Below the pieces are notes generated by a model that was not told where the DNA came from, searched no databases, and was given only the letters and a program-made list of their open reading frames with translations. A stretch of DNA of 64,000 nt from Macrostomum lignano. Taxonomy: Eukaryota. The position numbers and the translations under genes were made by a program. Shown one piece after another: positions 14,356 to 25,392 of this stretch. Each line of letters opens with the position of its first letter. The first letter of the stretch is position 1. Location: contig NIVC01002383.1 of the NCBI GenBank assembly GCA_002269645.1, positions 33,587 through 97,586 on the forward strand, in the 5' to 3' direction.

Positions 14356-14389
14356 TTAGGGTTAGGGTTAGGGTTAGGGTTAGGGTTAG
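14356..14389 (+). repeat. (TTAGGG)5+TTAG tract T8
   Basis: Read directly; L-type junction. Confidence 0.97.
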
Positions 14390-16093
14390 AACTACGCACA
14401 GCTTCGTGTTAAAAGGCACTGATAAAAATATTGAACTAATTGAATCAAATCATTGCGCAACCGATTTCACAGTCAGTCAGTATCAGTCTCAGTTAAAGTT
14501 AACAAAAACATTGCGCAATCTAAATCAACCCTCCAATACACAGCAGCAGTGAGAAGTTGAACCCTCCCCAACTTTATCTATTACGTCTCGCAAAACTGAG
14601 TACAATTTTTGCAGAAAGTTAAAAGTATGGAAATAGTTTTTTAAATGCGGTGCTTTTTCTTTTCATATTTAAAGCAAACAACTTATATCCCTAAACTCAG
14701 TGTTGCAAGATCTTTCCAGCAATATAAGTCTCTCCTCTCAAAGTTTAAAACTCAAGGAGCAGTTAGCGTTTGAAATTTACCGATTTCCTGACTGCTTGCC
14801 TGTGAGGCTCGCAATTTTGTACATTGAATTTCACTGCCAAGCTAATACACAGGGCCGATAATAAAAAAGCTAACCAATTGAATCAATTGATTGCGCAATA
14901 TATTTCTGTGTTAGTCAGTATAAGTCTCAGTTAAAGTTAACACAAAGTTTGCGCAATCTAATCAACCCTCCAATACAAAGCAACTGACCCCTTCCTATAC
15001 ACAGCGCCAGTTAGAAGTCGAAACCCCCAACTTTATCTCTCACCTCTCGCCAAAATGAGTACAATCTTTGCAGAAAGTTTAAAGTATGGAAATAGTTTTT
15101 GCAATGCAGAGCTTTTAGTTTTCATATTTGAAGCAAACAATTTATATCCCTGAAATCAGCTTTGCAAGTTCTTTCCAGCAATATAAATTTTTTCTCTCAA
15201 AGTTAAAACTCGAGCAACAGTTTGCGTTTGAAACTTTCTGATTTAAAGCATTAAAATATCAATTGTACGTTCACTGCCTGCTAAAGAGGCCGCAAGTTTA
15301 TGCATTGAATTTCAAGGTTCAACAAAATCACAGGGCTGCCTATTGAAAATTAGAACACAAATCTTTGCGCAATTGTCTATACAGTCAGCCAGTGAGCCAG
15401 GGTCCGATTGTACACAGGCAGCCATTTAGAACGCCCCATCCCCCACTGGAGAGAAAATACACTGCAGAGATAGGGAAAAGTTGTGGCGCAATCACTTGAA
15501 ATTCATGCAAATTTTCAGCTCCAAGCAGAAAGAGGGACAATTAAGATTATCAAAGGTCAAGACCGCCTTTTCTGCTTTTTTGAGGATCTTAGAAATTAAA
15601 ATTTCAGAATTAAATAGCCTATAGCCGACTCGGATAATTTCCAATCTTCCCATATAAGTTTCAACGCTGAGTTGCCACTATTCAAGAGGAGTTGTCGAAA
15701 TGACACAACAACACAGACAGACAGACAAACAACACGTCAACTTTAGATATACGAGTGGAACTCCTCCTTCGGAGGAGAAAGGGGAAGAACTCCCATCACC
15801 GGAATTCCATTCCCTGAAATATCCATCAACTGAAATTCATGTGTTTTGAACCCTATTCCAAATGCGGTCTCAAATCTTTACAAAACTTTCAAAGACCTTT
15901 TCAAAGACCTTTACAAAACTTTCTCCCTCTCTTGACTCTCTTCTCTCTCCTCTCTCTCATCTCATCTCTACCCCTACTCCCTTATTTATCTCTTCTCCCC
16001 TCGTCTTTCGTCTACCCTCTCCTGTCTCCTTGTCCGTCTTCTTCTCTCTTATCTCTCCCTCTTCTCTCCTCTCTCATATGTCATCTCTACTCA

Positions 16094-16743
16094 NNNNNNN
16101 NNNNNNNNNNNNNNNNNNNNNNNNNNNNNNNNNNNNNNNNNNNNNNNNNNNNNNNNNNNNNNNNNNNNNNNNNNNNNNNNNNNNNNNNNNNNNNNNNNNN
16201 NNNNNNNNNNNNNNNNNNNNNNNNNNNNNNNNNNNNNNNNNNNNNNNNNNNNNNNNNNNNNNNNNNNNNNNNNNNNNNNNNNNNNNNNNNNNNNNNNNNN
16301 NNNNNNNNNNNNNNNNNNNNNNNNNNNNNNNNNNNNNNNNNNNNNNNNNNNNNNNNNNNNNNNNNNNNNNNNNNNNNNNNNNNNNNNNNNNNNNNNNNNN
16401 NNNNNNNNNNNNNNNNNNNNNNNNNNNNNNNNNNNNNNNNNNNNNNNNNNNNNNNNNNNNNNNNNNNNNNNNNNNNNNNNNNNNNNNNNNNNNNNNNNNN
16501 NNNNNNNNNNNNNNNNNNNNNNNNNNNNNNNNNNNNNNNNNNNNNNNNNNNNNNNNNNNNNNNNNNNNNNNNNNNNNNNNNNNNNNNNNNNNNNNNNNNN
16601 NNNNNNNNNNNNNNNNNNNNNNNNNNNNNNNNNNNNNNNNNNNNNNNNNNNNNNNNNNNNNNNNNNNNNNNNNNNNNNNNNNNNNNNNNNNNNNNNNNNN
16701 NNNNNNNNNNNNNNNNNNNNNNNNNNNNNNNNNNNNNNNNNNN
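16094..16743. other. Assembly gap (650 N)
   Basis: Run of N; it begins inside a CT-rich tract of the array. Confidence 1.
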
Positions 16744-17908
16744 AAATCCGCCGTAACGGAATATGTTTCAACGCGTATTGAAACAAATGTTTACTGCTTT
16801 AAAAAATGAAATTGACATCAATGTTAAAAACTTGAATTAAAATACTATATTTTTTTTAAGTTTTTTTCGTTTATATTTTTGGTAGAAACAAGCACTATAA
16901 AATATAGGCGAATATTAAAATAAACCACGGTTCGATTTGGTGCTCAGCTCGATCTATCATCTATCGTTTGTATGTGATAATGTGACGATAACGATATGAA
17001 GTAAGAACTCTTTCAAATGTGATAAAAATAATTAATTAATATGTAGAATGAATAAACAAAGAAACTAGTAGACATTTATAAATGTTTCGTTCTAATTTTT
17101 ACACTTGATAAAGGCAGTAGTACTTTAAATACAATTATTAAGTTAACTAAAATTACTTTGAACTAAAAAATATTGTGTTAAATTAATTAATTAACTAATA
17201 GCAATTCAAATAATTGTTATAATTAACGCAAAAAATCGTAAAAAGTTTAAGCTAGGTCCTTAAACATGGGTTTTGAATATTACATGTGAAATAAAAATAT
17301 TGAAATAAAAATATAAGATACATGTAATTTATAAGACTATGACGTTACTTCTCTAGAAGAATACATGTAATTGTCGTAAAAATTCTATCATTAGCTTGAT
17401 ACAGTAAATACTTAAATTAATCCAATCGTATTGTAGTGTACTTTGAATGATTAATAATTGTGATTTCTCGCAGACATTATTACAAATCTAATTGATCAAA
17501 TACATGTAAATATGTTGCAAAATTAGATGTAGTCCTTAGCTTGCATGTGATCAGGTGCATCAGCGCGTCGCTATGGATTTTATGGTTAGGGACAAAGTAA
17601 AGAATTCTAAATGACGATATTCCTATATATATTATTTTGGATATCGGTGTTGTTAACACTCAATTTTGTTGCCAAACAAACACTCATTTTGTTCGCTTTT
17701 TCATAGCTTTTACTCAGGCCAGGGGGACATATGCACAGTTGTCCCGATGTCGGCCCCTGTCCCCGTGGTGACGCGGGCCCATGCGTGTGATTATGAATTT
17801 AAGTACAATTTCGTAAAATGAAACAATGTACAAGCTGGAAATAATTGCATATGAATTTAGTCTGCACGCGCCAGCATGAACCTCGGAAAAAAGGAAATTA
17901 AAGGGGTT

Positions 17909-17994
17909 ACAAACTCCGAAGGGCCGAGACCTTTCACGACTCTGTGAAAGGTCTCGGCCGTCGTGAAAGGTCTCGGCCTTTACTCGGAATTTGT
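17909..17994. repeat. Inverted repeat with one left arm and two alternative right arms
   Basis: GGCCGAGACCTTTCAC(GAC) at 17922-17940 is the exact reverse complement of 17944-17959 (16 bp) and of 17960-17978 (19 bp). Imperfect outer arms: ACAAACTCCGAA / CTCGGAATTTGT. Confidence 0.85.
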
Positions 17995-18059
17995 TAGGGT
18001 TTTTAAAAATTATTATGGCATTTGATTCAGTGCTATGTGCAGCACTTCCTTTTCTCTAC

Positions 18060-19400
18060 GAACCTGTCGAGTCCCCAGCAGCTAGTTGGTGCCATCATAT
18101 CGCTGTATGGTGATACGCTGTGGTGACGGCAGACGGGTCTGAAGCTTCTTTTAGGAGTGCTACACAGAGCGACACATCCTAGCGCCGTTCCTCTTCATGC
18201 TGCTCCTGGCATGGATTATGCAGCTCTTGGAACGCACCCCCCTCAGCAGGCGATGGCTTCCTGCTGTGCAGACACATTGGTCGTCGCCACAACGAGAAGC
18301 GCCTGAGCGTTTCTGGGCTACGCCGACGACCTCACACTCCTGTCCTCAACTGTTGATGGTGCACAGCGCTAGATTAAGGTTGGTCGAGGTGGCATCAAAG
18401 CGTCTGCCTATTTGTCGACGCTGAAGACTAAGGCACTGGCATGACCATCTCAGCGAGCCGATATCCCAGCGGAGCTGACATGCCGCGGCGCAGACAGGCA
18501 GACGACCAACCTCGCGCATGCTGTCAGCGGTTCACCTCGGCGGTTTGGTGCCCAACGTTGAGGACGAAATTCGGCGACGCAGATCTAGATCGAGAGGACT
18601 TGCTTGAACGTCGACGGCCTACCGGTCGATTCGCGTCATCCTTCAGTCCAAAGCGCTGCCCGATCATCAGAGGGTTCGGCTGTTGAGACTGTCTTGCTTG
18701 ACAACGCTGAAACGTGCGTGTTTAAGGGACGCTAGAATTCGCGCGACTGGATTTTGCGCTAATTGTTTTCTGCACGCCAGGATTTTGCGCGAATCGGATG
18801 ATTTTAGGCGACTTGAAATTGAATCGACTGCATCATTTCTCGCGACTTACATGCATTTCAAGCGGCTAGATTTCGCACGACTGCAGTATTTCGTCCGACT
18901 GGATTTTGCGCGACTGAATTTCGCGCAACTGGATTTCGATCGACCGGATTTAAATCCAGTCGCGTGAAATCCAGTCGCTAGAAAGAATTCGCGCGCTTCA
19001 ATGCCAGATCGCGCGAAATCCAGTCGTGCGAATTCTAGCGTCCCGATGTTAACGGCCACGCGCTGGAGCAACAGCTAGACAATTGGAGCACTCGGCCCGT
19101 GGGGCTGCTCCATGCGTTCAGGCTGACAAAAGCGTCCCGTCCAAGGACCTGTGCGAGAGGAACGCACAGCTGCAAGACAAAAAAAACATATGTACCATCC
19201 CGCGCCGAGACGGCGACTCCAACTGACAGGCGCTACGTGCAGATCCGGGCTAGCTATTGCCCAAGCCTGTCCAGGACATCCAGCCGCTCACTTTGCGGGA
19301 ACCGTTCGTCAGCGGGCTCAAGCGATCGAGGACACGGAGATACGTGGACTAAATCCTGAGCAACGTTGGGGCGCCCGACACCGTCGATCAATGGGCCGGG
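18060..19400 (+). mobile_element. Degenerate non-LTR retrotransposon (RTE-like) reverse-transcriptase fragment
   Basis: Frameshifted RT motifs: GVL..ILAPFLFMLLL (QGDxLxPxLF region), LGYADDLTLLS (YADD at 18319-18330) and an FxYLGG-like stretch at ~18530; further LINE-like C-terminal remnants at 19150-19330. Stops and frameshifts are present. Boundaries approximate and clade tentative. Confidence 0.75.
18726..19044. mobile_element. MITE (~319 bp) inserted in the LINE fragment
   Basis: ~34-bp TIRs GGGACGCTAGAATTCGCGCGACTGGATTTTGCGC / GCGCGAAATCCAGTCGTGCGAATTCTAGCGTCCC with 2 mismatches; internal CTGGATTTYGCRCGAC-like subrepeats in both orientations. No matching TSD (TAA vs GAT). Confidence 0.8.
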
Positions 19401-19828
19401 CAATGGATTCTTCGCCTGCTAGAGCTTCCACATGCCATCTGACGCTCCCTCCCCTGACTACTGGGGGACTGCATATTTTTTTGTTGCTGTTGTTCTATAT
19501 AATTACCTACGAGTATAAGCTGGTTATTTTACAAATTCAACGCTACAAACCTTTGTAGCTACGAAATCGTACAGTTTCTGACGTTTCAACATCACGCTAT
19601 GCAAGATTGGAGACGTGCACTGAAGCAACAGTAAGGTCTGTGAAGCTGATTTTTTACATAAAGACAGATTTCAGAAGGTAAATTTTAGTTTCAAGTCAAA
19701 AATCGTTTTACATTCAATTGTTTTTTGCCAAATCGATATTTTTGTTTTTTTTTCTTATCGGGAACAACAACAACAACAACAACAAAATTCGCGACCCCGC
19801 ATGCACAGTCACAGTTAGAGCAGGGCGC

Positions 19829-20215
19829 GACAGACTGGCCGGTCGGATAGGACAGGTAATGGATCAGGCGGACCCGCCCGTTGGACTTGGGAAGGGCACC
19901 GATGGGGTTGATTTTGATCGGGCCGCTCCATTGGATGTACCTCCCAAGGCGCAGCTCCTCCTCGACCTGGGCTTCCACAGCAGAGCGGTGCAGCAGGGCG
20001 GAGGCGTGGTTCTTGGACGAAGTCAAAGGTGGCTGGCCAGCATTGGTGAGAGCGAAACCGTTGACGACGCCTTGCATCAGAAAGTCGCGGTCTGAGTCGT
20101 CGCTGAGCAGAGCACCCCAGGCGTCAGGTTGCAGGTCAGACGAGATGGGCAGCGAAGAAGTAAAAGCAGAAAAATCGGAATTAAAAGCAGAGCAGTCAGC
20201 TGGATAAAATGGCAT
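19829..20215 (-). pseudogene. N-terminal fragment of DIRS/Ngaro-type reverse transcriptase
   Basis: ATG at 20213-20215 overlaps the ORF1 stop (TGATG). RT similarity ends abruptly after GQSV (~19829). Confidence 0.7.
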
Positions 20216-21330
20216 CAGTTTTTTGCACTCGCACCGGTCACGTGACCCGGCAGCTGTCCGGTGAGTAATGACTGCGGCGACTGCGTGTGAGCGTGAGCCG
20301 GGTGCGCTGCCAGGCAGCCTTGGATTTTGCAGACGTAGCGGAACTTGCAGTTCTGGCGGTTGCATCCGGACTCGCAGTTGAAGCGCAGACAGATCGGCCT
20401 GGTTGCTGCCGGGATTTGCTGCTGGCTGGGCTGCTTAGCGAACGTGAACCGCAGGTTTCTGGGGGCGTTGAGGTGCTTGTGGTACAACTGAGGGGGCTCC
20501 TCACCCCACGCCATGCCCGACTCCGCAACCAGCCTCCGGTAGTCCTCGTCAAACTCCCAGATTACGGACTCCGGGTAGTCAGCAGCCAGCAGCTCTCCAA
20601 TCTTGCGATTGTAGTCAAGGTAGCCAAGGACGTCAGTCAGGAGACCATCAGTGCTTCCAGCAGCCGCCGGGAGTTTTTCCTTGATCAGCTTTTGCAAGAT
20701 GATCGAGTTGGCCGCGATCCACTGACCAGCAGAGATACTAGACAGCTTCGGCTCCTGCTTTCTGAATGTGAGCGAGCCATTCTCCATAGTGGCGATCAAC
20801 TGCTCCTGACTGGCTGAGCCGGGTCCTCTGGCTAGCTTGATGTGGTCTCTGACTGGATGCAACTTGCGAGTCGGAGCCTGGCAATTAGCGGCCTGAAGCT
20901 GAGCCGCCTCCCTCATCCCAGATTCAAAAACCTCGGGCAACTGCAGACTGGCATGTGCGTTATGCTCACCTGATGATGATGCTGGCTGGGGCTGAGCCGT
21001 CAAGCGCTGCTGAGTGTGAAGCTGTTGCTGAAGATCCCGACGACGGCCTTCCAGGACTTGCAGTTCGAGCAGCTCCACCTCCTGCCGCAGCGCAGCCAGC
21101 CGGTCGCTCCCCGCCCCCGGAGGCGCCTCGCCCGCGCTGCCGATGCCGTCTTCGGCGTCCGGAGCAGAAGTCATCTCGGAGTTGTTGAAGTCTTCGTCAG
21201 GTTGCTCTAAACCGAGTGCAGTAGACAAGCGCTTGGCAAGCTGTTGTTTGCGGCCCGTAGTAGGCAGGCCTCTGTTTCGCAGCTCAGCCTTGAGTTGGCG
21301 CACGTTTAGTCGCTTTGGGCTGGCACTCAT
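20215..21330 (-). CDS. Gag-like ORF1 with N-terminal SAP-like motif and C-terminal CCCH-type finger
   Basis: LNVRQLKAELRNRGLPTTGRKQQLAKRL fits the SAP consensus. RPICLRFNCESGCNRQNCKFRYVCKIQGCLAAHPAHAH resembles DIRS/Ngaro ORF1 fingers. Likely ATG at 21328-21330; frame intact. Confidence 0.7.
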   Translation of the reverse strand: MSASPKRLNVRQLKAELRNRGLPTTGRKQQLAKRLSTALGLEQPDEDFNNSEMTSAPDAEDGIGSAGEAPPGAGSDRLAALRQEVELLELQVLEGRRRDLQQQLHTQQRLTAQPQPASSSGEHNAHASLQLPEVFESGMREAAQLQAANCQAPTRKLHPVRDHIKLARGPGSASQEQLIATMENGSLTFRKQEPKLSSISAGQWIAANSIILQKLIKEKLPAAAGSTDGLLTDVLGYLDYNRKIGELLAADYPESVIWEFDEDYRRLVAESGMAWGEEPPQLYHKHLNAPRNLRFTFAKQPSQQQIPAATRPICLRFNCESGCNRQNCKFRYVCKIQGCLAAHPAHAHTQSPQSLLTGQLPGHVTGASAKN

Positions 21331-22463
21331 GGCGGTGGCTGAGCAAAAAAATTGAGAAATGGCGGCGGAGCCAAGCCGGGCCGGGTGCAGAGGCTTTAAG
21401 CTGGCCGGCGCGGCCAACACCCCCACACCTCAACCCCCCGCCAAAGTACAGCGATATGTACAGCGGCACCCTCTGGCGCGTCTAACACCCCTTACTCAGA
21501 GAGTAACGATTGCAATCATTATCGATGGGCATCCTGAAAGTATAAACTCTCAGAGTAGAAAAGTATTCAGCATTTGTAATTTATAATTGGTCCCCTTTTC
21601 TGGCGAATTGGAGACAAAAGGGGGAGACAAAATACTACTCCCAGTAGTAAATACGCCTAGTTCGATAAATTAAATATCTGGAGACAAGCTCATAGTTGAA
21701 AAATAAACTACACGAGGTAGATGTACGTAGATTATCCAGCTGACTCAAAAGAGATCACTTTGATTCTACTGGATATGGCGGCCTTTATAGAAACTTTGAC
21801 GTTGAACTCCACATGCACACCCAACAAATGACACTGCCAGGTATATTGTGATTGTGACGATATTAAAGTACTTTAATCCAATTTTTAAGTAGAATCTCCA
21901 TACTTCGCATATAAATCCTGCTTCAGTGCTTTAATTGAAATTATACACTAAAAGGCTTGTATAATTCTATGAAGGAAGTCGCGGACCATGCGGTGCAGGA
22001 CTGTGAAAAATTTCCCGCTAAGAAATGGTTGGAGAAATTCTCAGCTTTCAATATTCGCTCCGATCGATGTTCATTTGAAACGGATGGAAATTAATGGTTT
22101 TTAAAGGTAAAGAAGCAGCCGTAGAAGAACTCTTGTTGAAGTTTCGTATGAACAGACAGATATAGCTATATAGTAGTCAAAGTACATGTACTAACCTTTG
22201 TAGATTTTAGAGATTCCTTTTTGGCATATATCTTATAAGTACTCGCGTATAATTATTTCCAACCAATGAGATGGAATTCGTACTATCAATAATAAGAAAT
22301 TAGAATTTTAACACATTCATTGTAATACGTTAGGTTATCGGTTGAAGAACAAAAAAGTCAATTTTAATCACGAAAACATTTAGCCATCTTCCATATATTT
22401 TTTGTTCCACCAATAAATGAGAAACTCTATATTTAAAACAAAACTACCGCCATCGTCGCCGTG

Positions 22464-25170
22464 TCACAATAATGGATAGCGGTGTGCCAAAAAACTGAGA
22501 AAAGCCAAAAATGAGAGCGTAGACCGTTTGGACAAACCAGCGACTTTTCGAGCAGACATCTTCTTCCCCTTGCGAGTATTACCGGAACACATGCCCATAT
22601 AATAGGGCACCTTGAACTCTTTGGGATACAGCGCCCTCATTTTGTCCACATCCAGTTTGGTCATGGACTGTCGGTTAGCTACGATTTTAGACCCGTCAGA
22701 TTTCTTGATCATGGTGTAGGCTCCGTTGCAGGAGAAGTGACAGGAGCCGTAGTGCATGATCGATGCGCTGTCGTAGGTGAGCTTTAGACTCGGGTCCGGC
22801 CCATCCATTGTGATGTAGTAGTTTGAGCACTCCGATGCTGCAATGTTTTGGGGAAGCAGAGTGACATATTTATCTCGGTCTGGCCGGCACTGCTCGTGAT
22901 ACCGACCCAGAGCGTGTAGAATCTCGTGCTGGATTGTGCCGAACGGACAGGAGTCCTCGTGAAGCCACACGCGGGTAAACGTTGGCTGCATGCCAACCTC
23001 AGCCCGGCACTGTGATAAAAAATTAATGAGTATAAGCTAGTATTGTTAAAACTGAATTAAGATGCTATTTATTTGAATTTTGCTAATAAATTTATCATTG
23101 ATTTTAGGTTTCTTCCACTGAAACGTAGATCTGCGGCTGAGCTGTCGGTTGCACATCTGGTCCAATTGGGCATTATGTGTTACATGTACATCGAATTCGT
23201 CAACAAACTATTCGTCAACAGACCTAAAGTTTAAGAAATTCGTGGAAATCGAATTCCTCAACAGTTAAAACAAGCTGAGCGAATTCGTCATTCGGCGATC
23301 CATACTATGTACATAATACCACGTTGTACATAGTTGAGTATATCCAGATACAATTACAAGTATATCAAGAGTCCATCGGGGTATAACGGTTTGTGTGCTG
23401 CGTATGCTTTATTACACTTTATTGCATCTCTCGAGTGAAGTACGTCACTATAATTCAAATTTAATCCCAAGTTTTGTTTATTTCAACCATTAACAAGGTT
23501 TTGAACTTCAGATTTCAAAATGCGTGCAAAAATAGTTCCGGGAATTTAATATTGGAAATCAGTGGGTTTAAAATCTGCGGGAATTAGCAGCTTGTAAAAA
23601 ATTAATATCAAATAAAAACCCTGATCCTCCTTCGTTATCTTACATGTGTCTTTTCAATAGGCTTTTTGTCTTTAAATTTTTAGCGTGTAGCAAATATACT
23701 AATAAATAGCGTACGTATTTTCAGGTAAACTGAAATTCGTCAACAGTGCATTGTAAGGTAAACCGAATTCGTCAACAGACGTCAAGTTGACGAATTAGAT
23801 TTTGACGAATTCGGTGGCACCCTCAATCATTATTATTGTCATGTATACTCTGCGTACGTACGCTCGTATATAAGCGTACGTATCCTATGTTCCGTGTATG
23901 CTCAGGGGTCAACAGAATGGCATGACGGCGTCCCCCTGCGAACGTGTCCTTGCATTTATGACTGTGGATTGCTTTGTCGATTTGAAACTTAGCAGCAACT
24001 ACAACCCCACTGGAGACTATGGAATGAGCTAATCCTGTTCAAATTCCATATATGCTTAATTAACATCAGCCAACTTCGTGCCGACTCACCAGTTTGTTCA
24101 CATCATTAATGATGTGCATGTAGCCTTTGCGGCAGATTTCACCGCTTGAGGTTTGCGCCGCCTTGAACTCCAAATGCTCCTCGCCAACATTTTCCTGGAT
24201 AATTTTCATTGCCTCGAGAATCTTCTTTGAGTAATCGAAGCTGAATGAGGGATCAATCAAGTAGAATATGATGCCGCCAGGCCAGAACTTCATGTTCAAG
24301 TTGTAGTTCGGGTCCAAGGTGTCAGAACTCGCCCGATCGGCCTGTCCCCTGGACGATGGCGGTGGACTCCTGGGAAACACCATGTCGTCAATCACCAGAT
24401 ATTCGGTTCCGTACGGGGTTTTTTCGATTTGGCCCATTGAATTTCTGAGGAAATAAATATGGATTGTCTATCAATACATTGTACAGTGACATTCATGAAT
24501 GTTATATATTTAGCAAAAAACATATTCATTCAAATACTTTTCTCTTTACCTCAGGAGGGTGTCCTTGATTGGCGGATATCCACCAGTCTGGAATGTATTG
24601 TTCAGATAGGATCGCGGAATTAAAAAAGTTATAAGTTAAACCTTAAATATTCGAGTTAAATATTAATTTAGCTTTAATTAACAAGATACATATATAGTCA
24701 TTTTAATTTTGTTTAACAGTATATGCTTTTGGTAATCTTACTCGCAAACAAGCTAACATTTATAACTAGATTTTTTAAAAGTAAAAATTACATATCTTAT
24801 TAAACTAACAGTTATCCGTGACGTTAGAAATGCCTGCATACTTACAGGCTAATGCCTGCAAGGGGACGGACATGGCCCTTCTGCGAAGATCCAATTGATT
24901 GTGGCACATAGCTAAATAACTATAATTATATATTCATTGCTAAGAACTCAAACTTACTGAACTTTTTATGGCAGCCGTGCAACTGCAGCTCTTATTTTGA
25001 AAGTATGGGCACTGGAGATTCTTATTGTTGCTGTTTTTATTGCTTTTGCTAGCGGCCTGATTTACAGGCAACGCCTGCAGACCAACACAACAAGTTGCAG
25101 CAACGATTAGCAGAGTTGGCCACTGCATTGCAGAATTTTTTGCAGCCTTTGAAGACGCCGGCAGCTTCAT
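22464..25170 (-). CDS. Astacin-family (M12A) zinc metalloprotease, paralog A; secreted, hydrophobic C-terminus
   Basis: HEILHALGRYHEQCRPDRD and Met-turn SIMHY. Signal-peptide exon ~25170-24958. Supported exons 24444-24090 (FWPGGII) and 23009-22464 with GT/AG sites in phase 0; a small exon ends at 24550. Small 5' exons not fully resolved. Confidence 0.85.
23192..23813. mobile_element. Candidate MITE in astacin A intron
   Basis: 12-bp inverted termini CGAATTCGTCAA / TTGACGAATTCG, with several subterminal AATTCGTCA copies in both orientations. Confidence 0.5.
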
Positions 25171-25392
25171 GGCAGATTCGGCTGCTCATTTTCGAAAAAA
25201 ATAGACAAAAACAACCCCTTTTTTAGGAGCTTCGGTCTGCATTGTGTGCATCTCAAACGAAAATGCGATATCATTCTCCATAGCTGTGCAGAAGTAGCAG
25301 AATCAGATTGAGTCTATGGTCAAATTTTAAAGCACTTTGGACTTTAGGAACTTTGTACTTTCCTATTGTCTGGCGTAACTTTGCAGTAGCTG

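Larger units (their letters stand above)
1..16093. repeat. Modular tandem array (units ~1.1-3.1 kb) punctuated by short telomeric TTAGGG tracts
   Basis: Module order recurs on +: ~480-bp module (1-3 copies, with TTGCGCAA palindromes), ~330-bp module ending CCCATATAAGTTTCAACGCTGAGTTGC, CA/ACAA microsatellite plus CTCCTCC-TTC-GGAGGAG hairpin, optional CT-rich tract (about 258-966, 6030-6744, 9155-9866, 11375-12290, 13620-13965, 15925-16093), ~30-bp repeats GAAATCCTCTCCGTGAAACTGAACACCATC, then (TTAGGG)n. The segment starting ATGTCTTTAACC recurs near-identically at 185, 5958 and 9082. Confidence 0.95.
19829..21426 (-). mobile_element. Truncated DIRS/Ngaro-like (tyrosine-recombinase class) retrotransposon
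   Basis: A gag-like ORF1 with C-terminal Cys/His finger is followed by the N-terminus of a DIRS-type RT (FLMQGVVNGF, KNHASA, INPIGALPKSNGRVRLIHYLSYPTGQSV). No RT core, RNase H or YR follows. Confidence 0.75.

Noticed and set aside
15839-16809. ORFs of 231-315 aa spanning the gap
   Set aside because: Artefacts of N runs translated as X.
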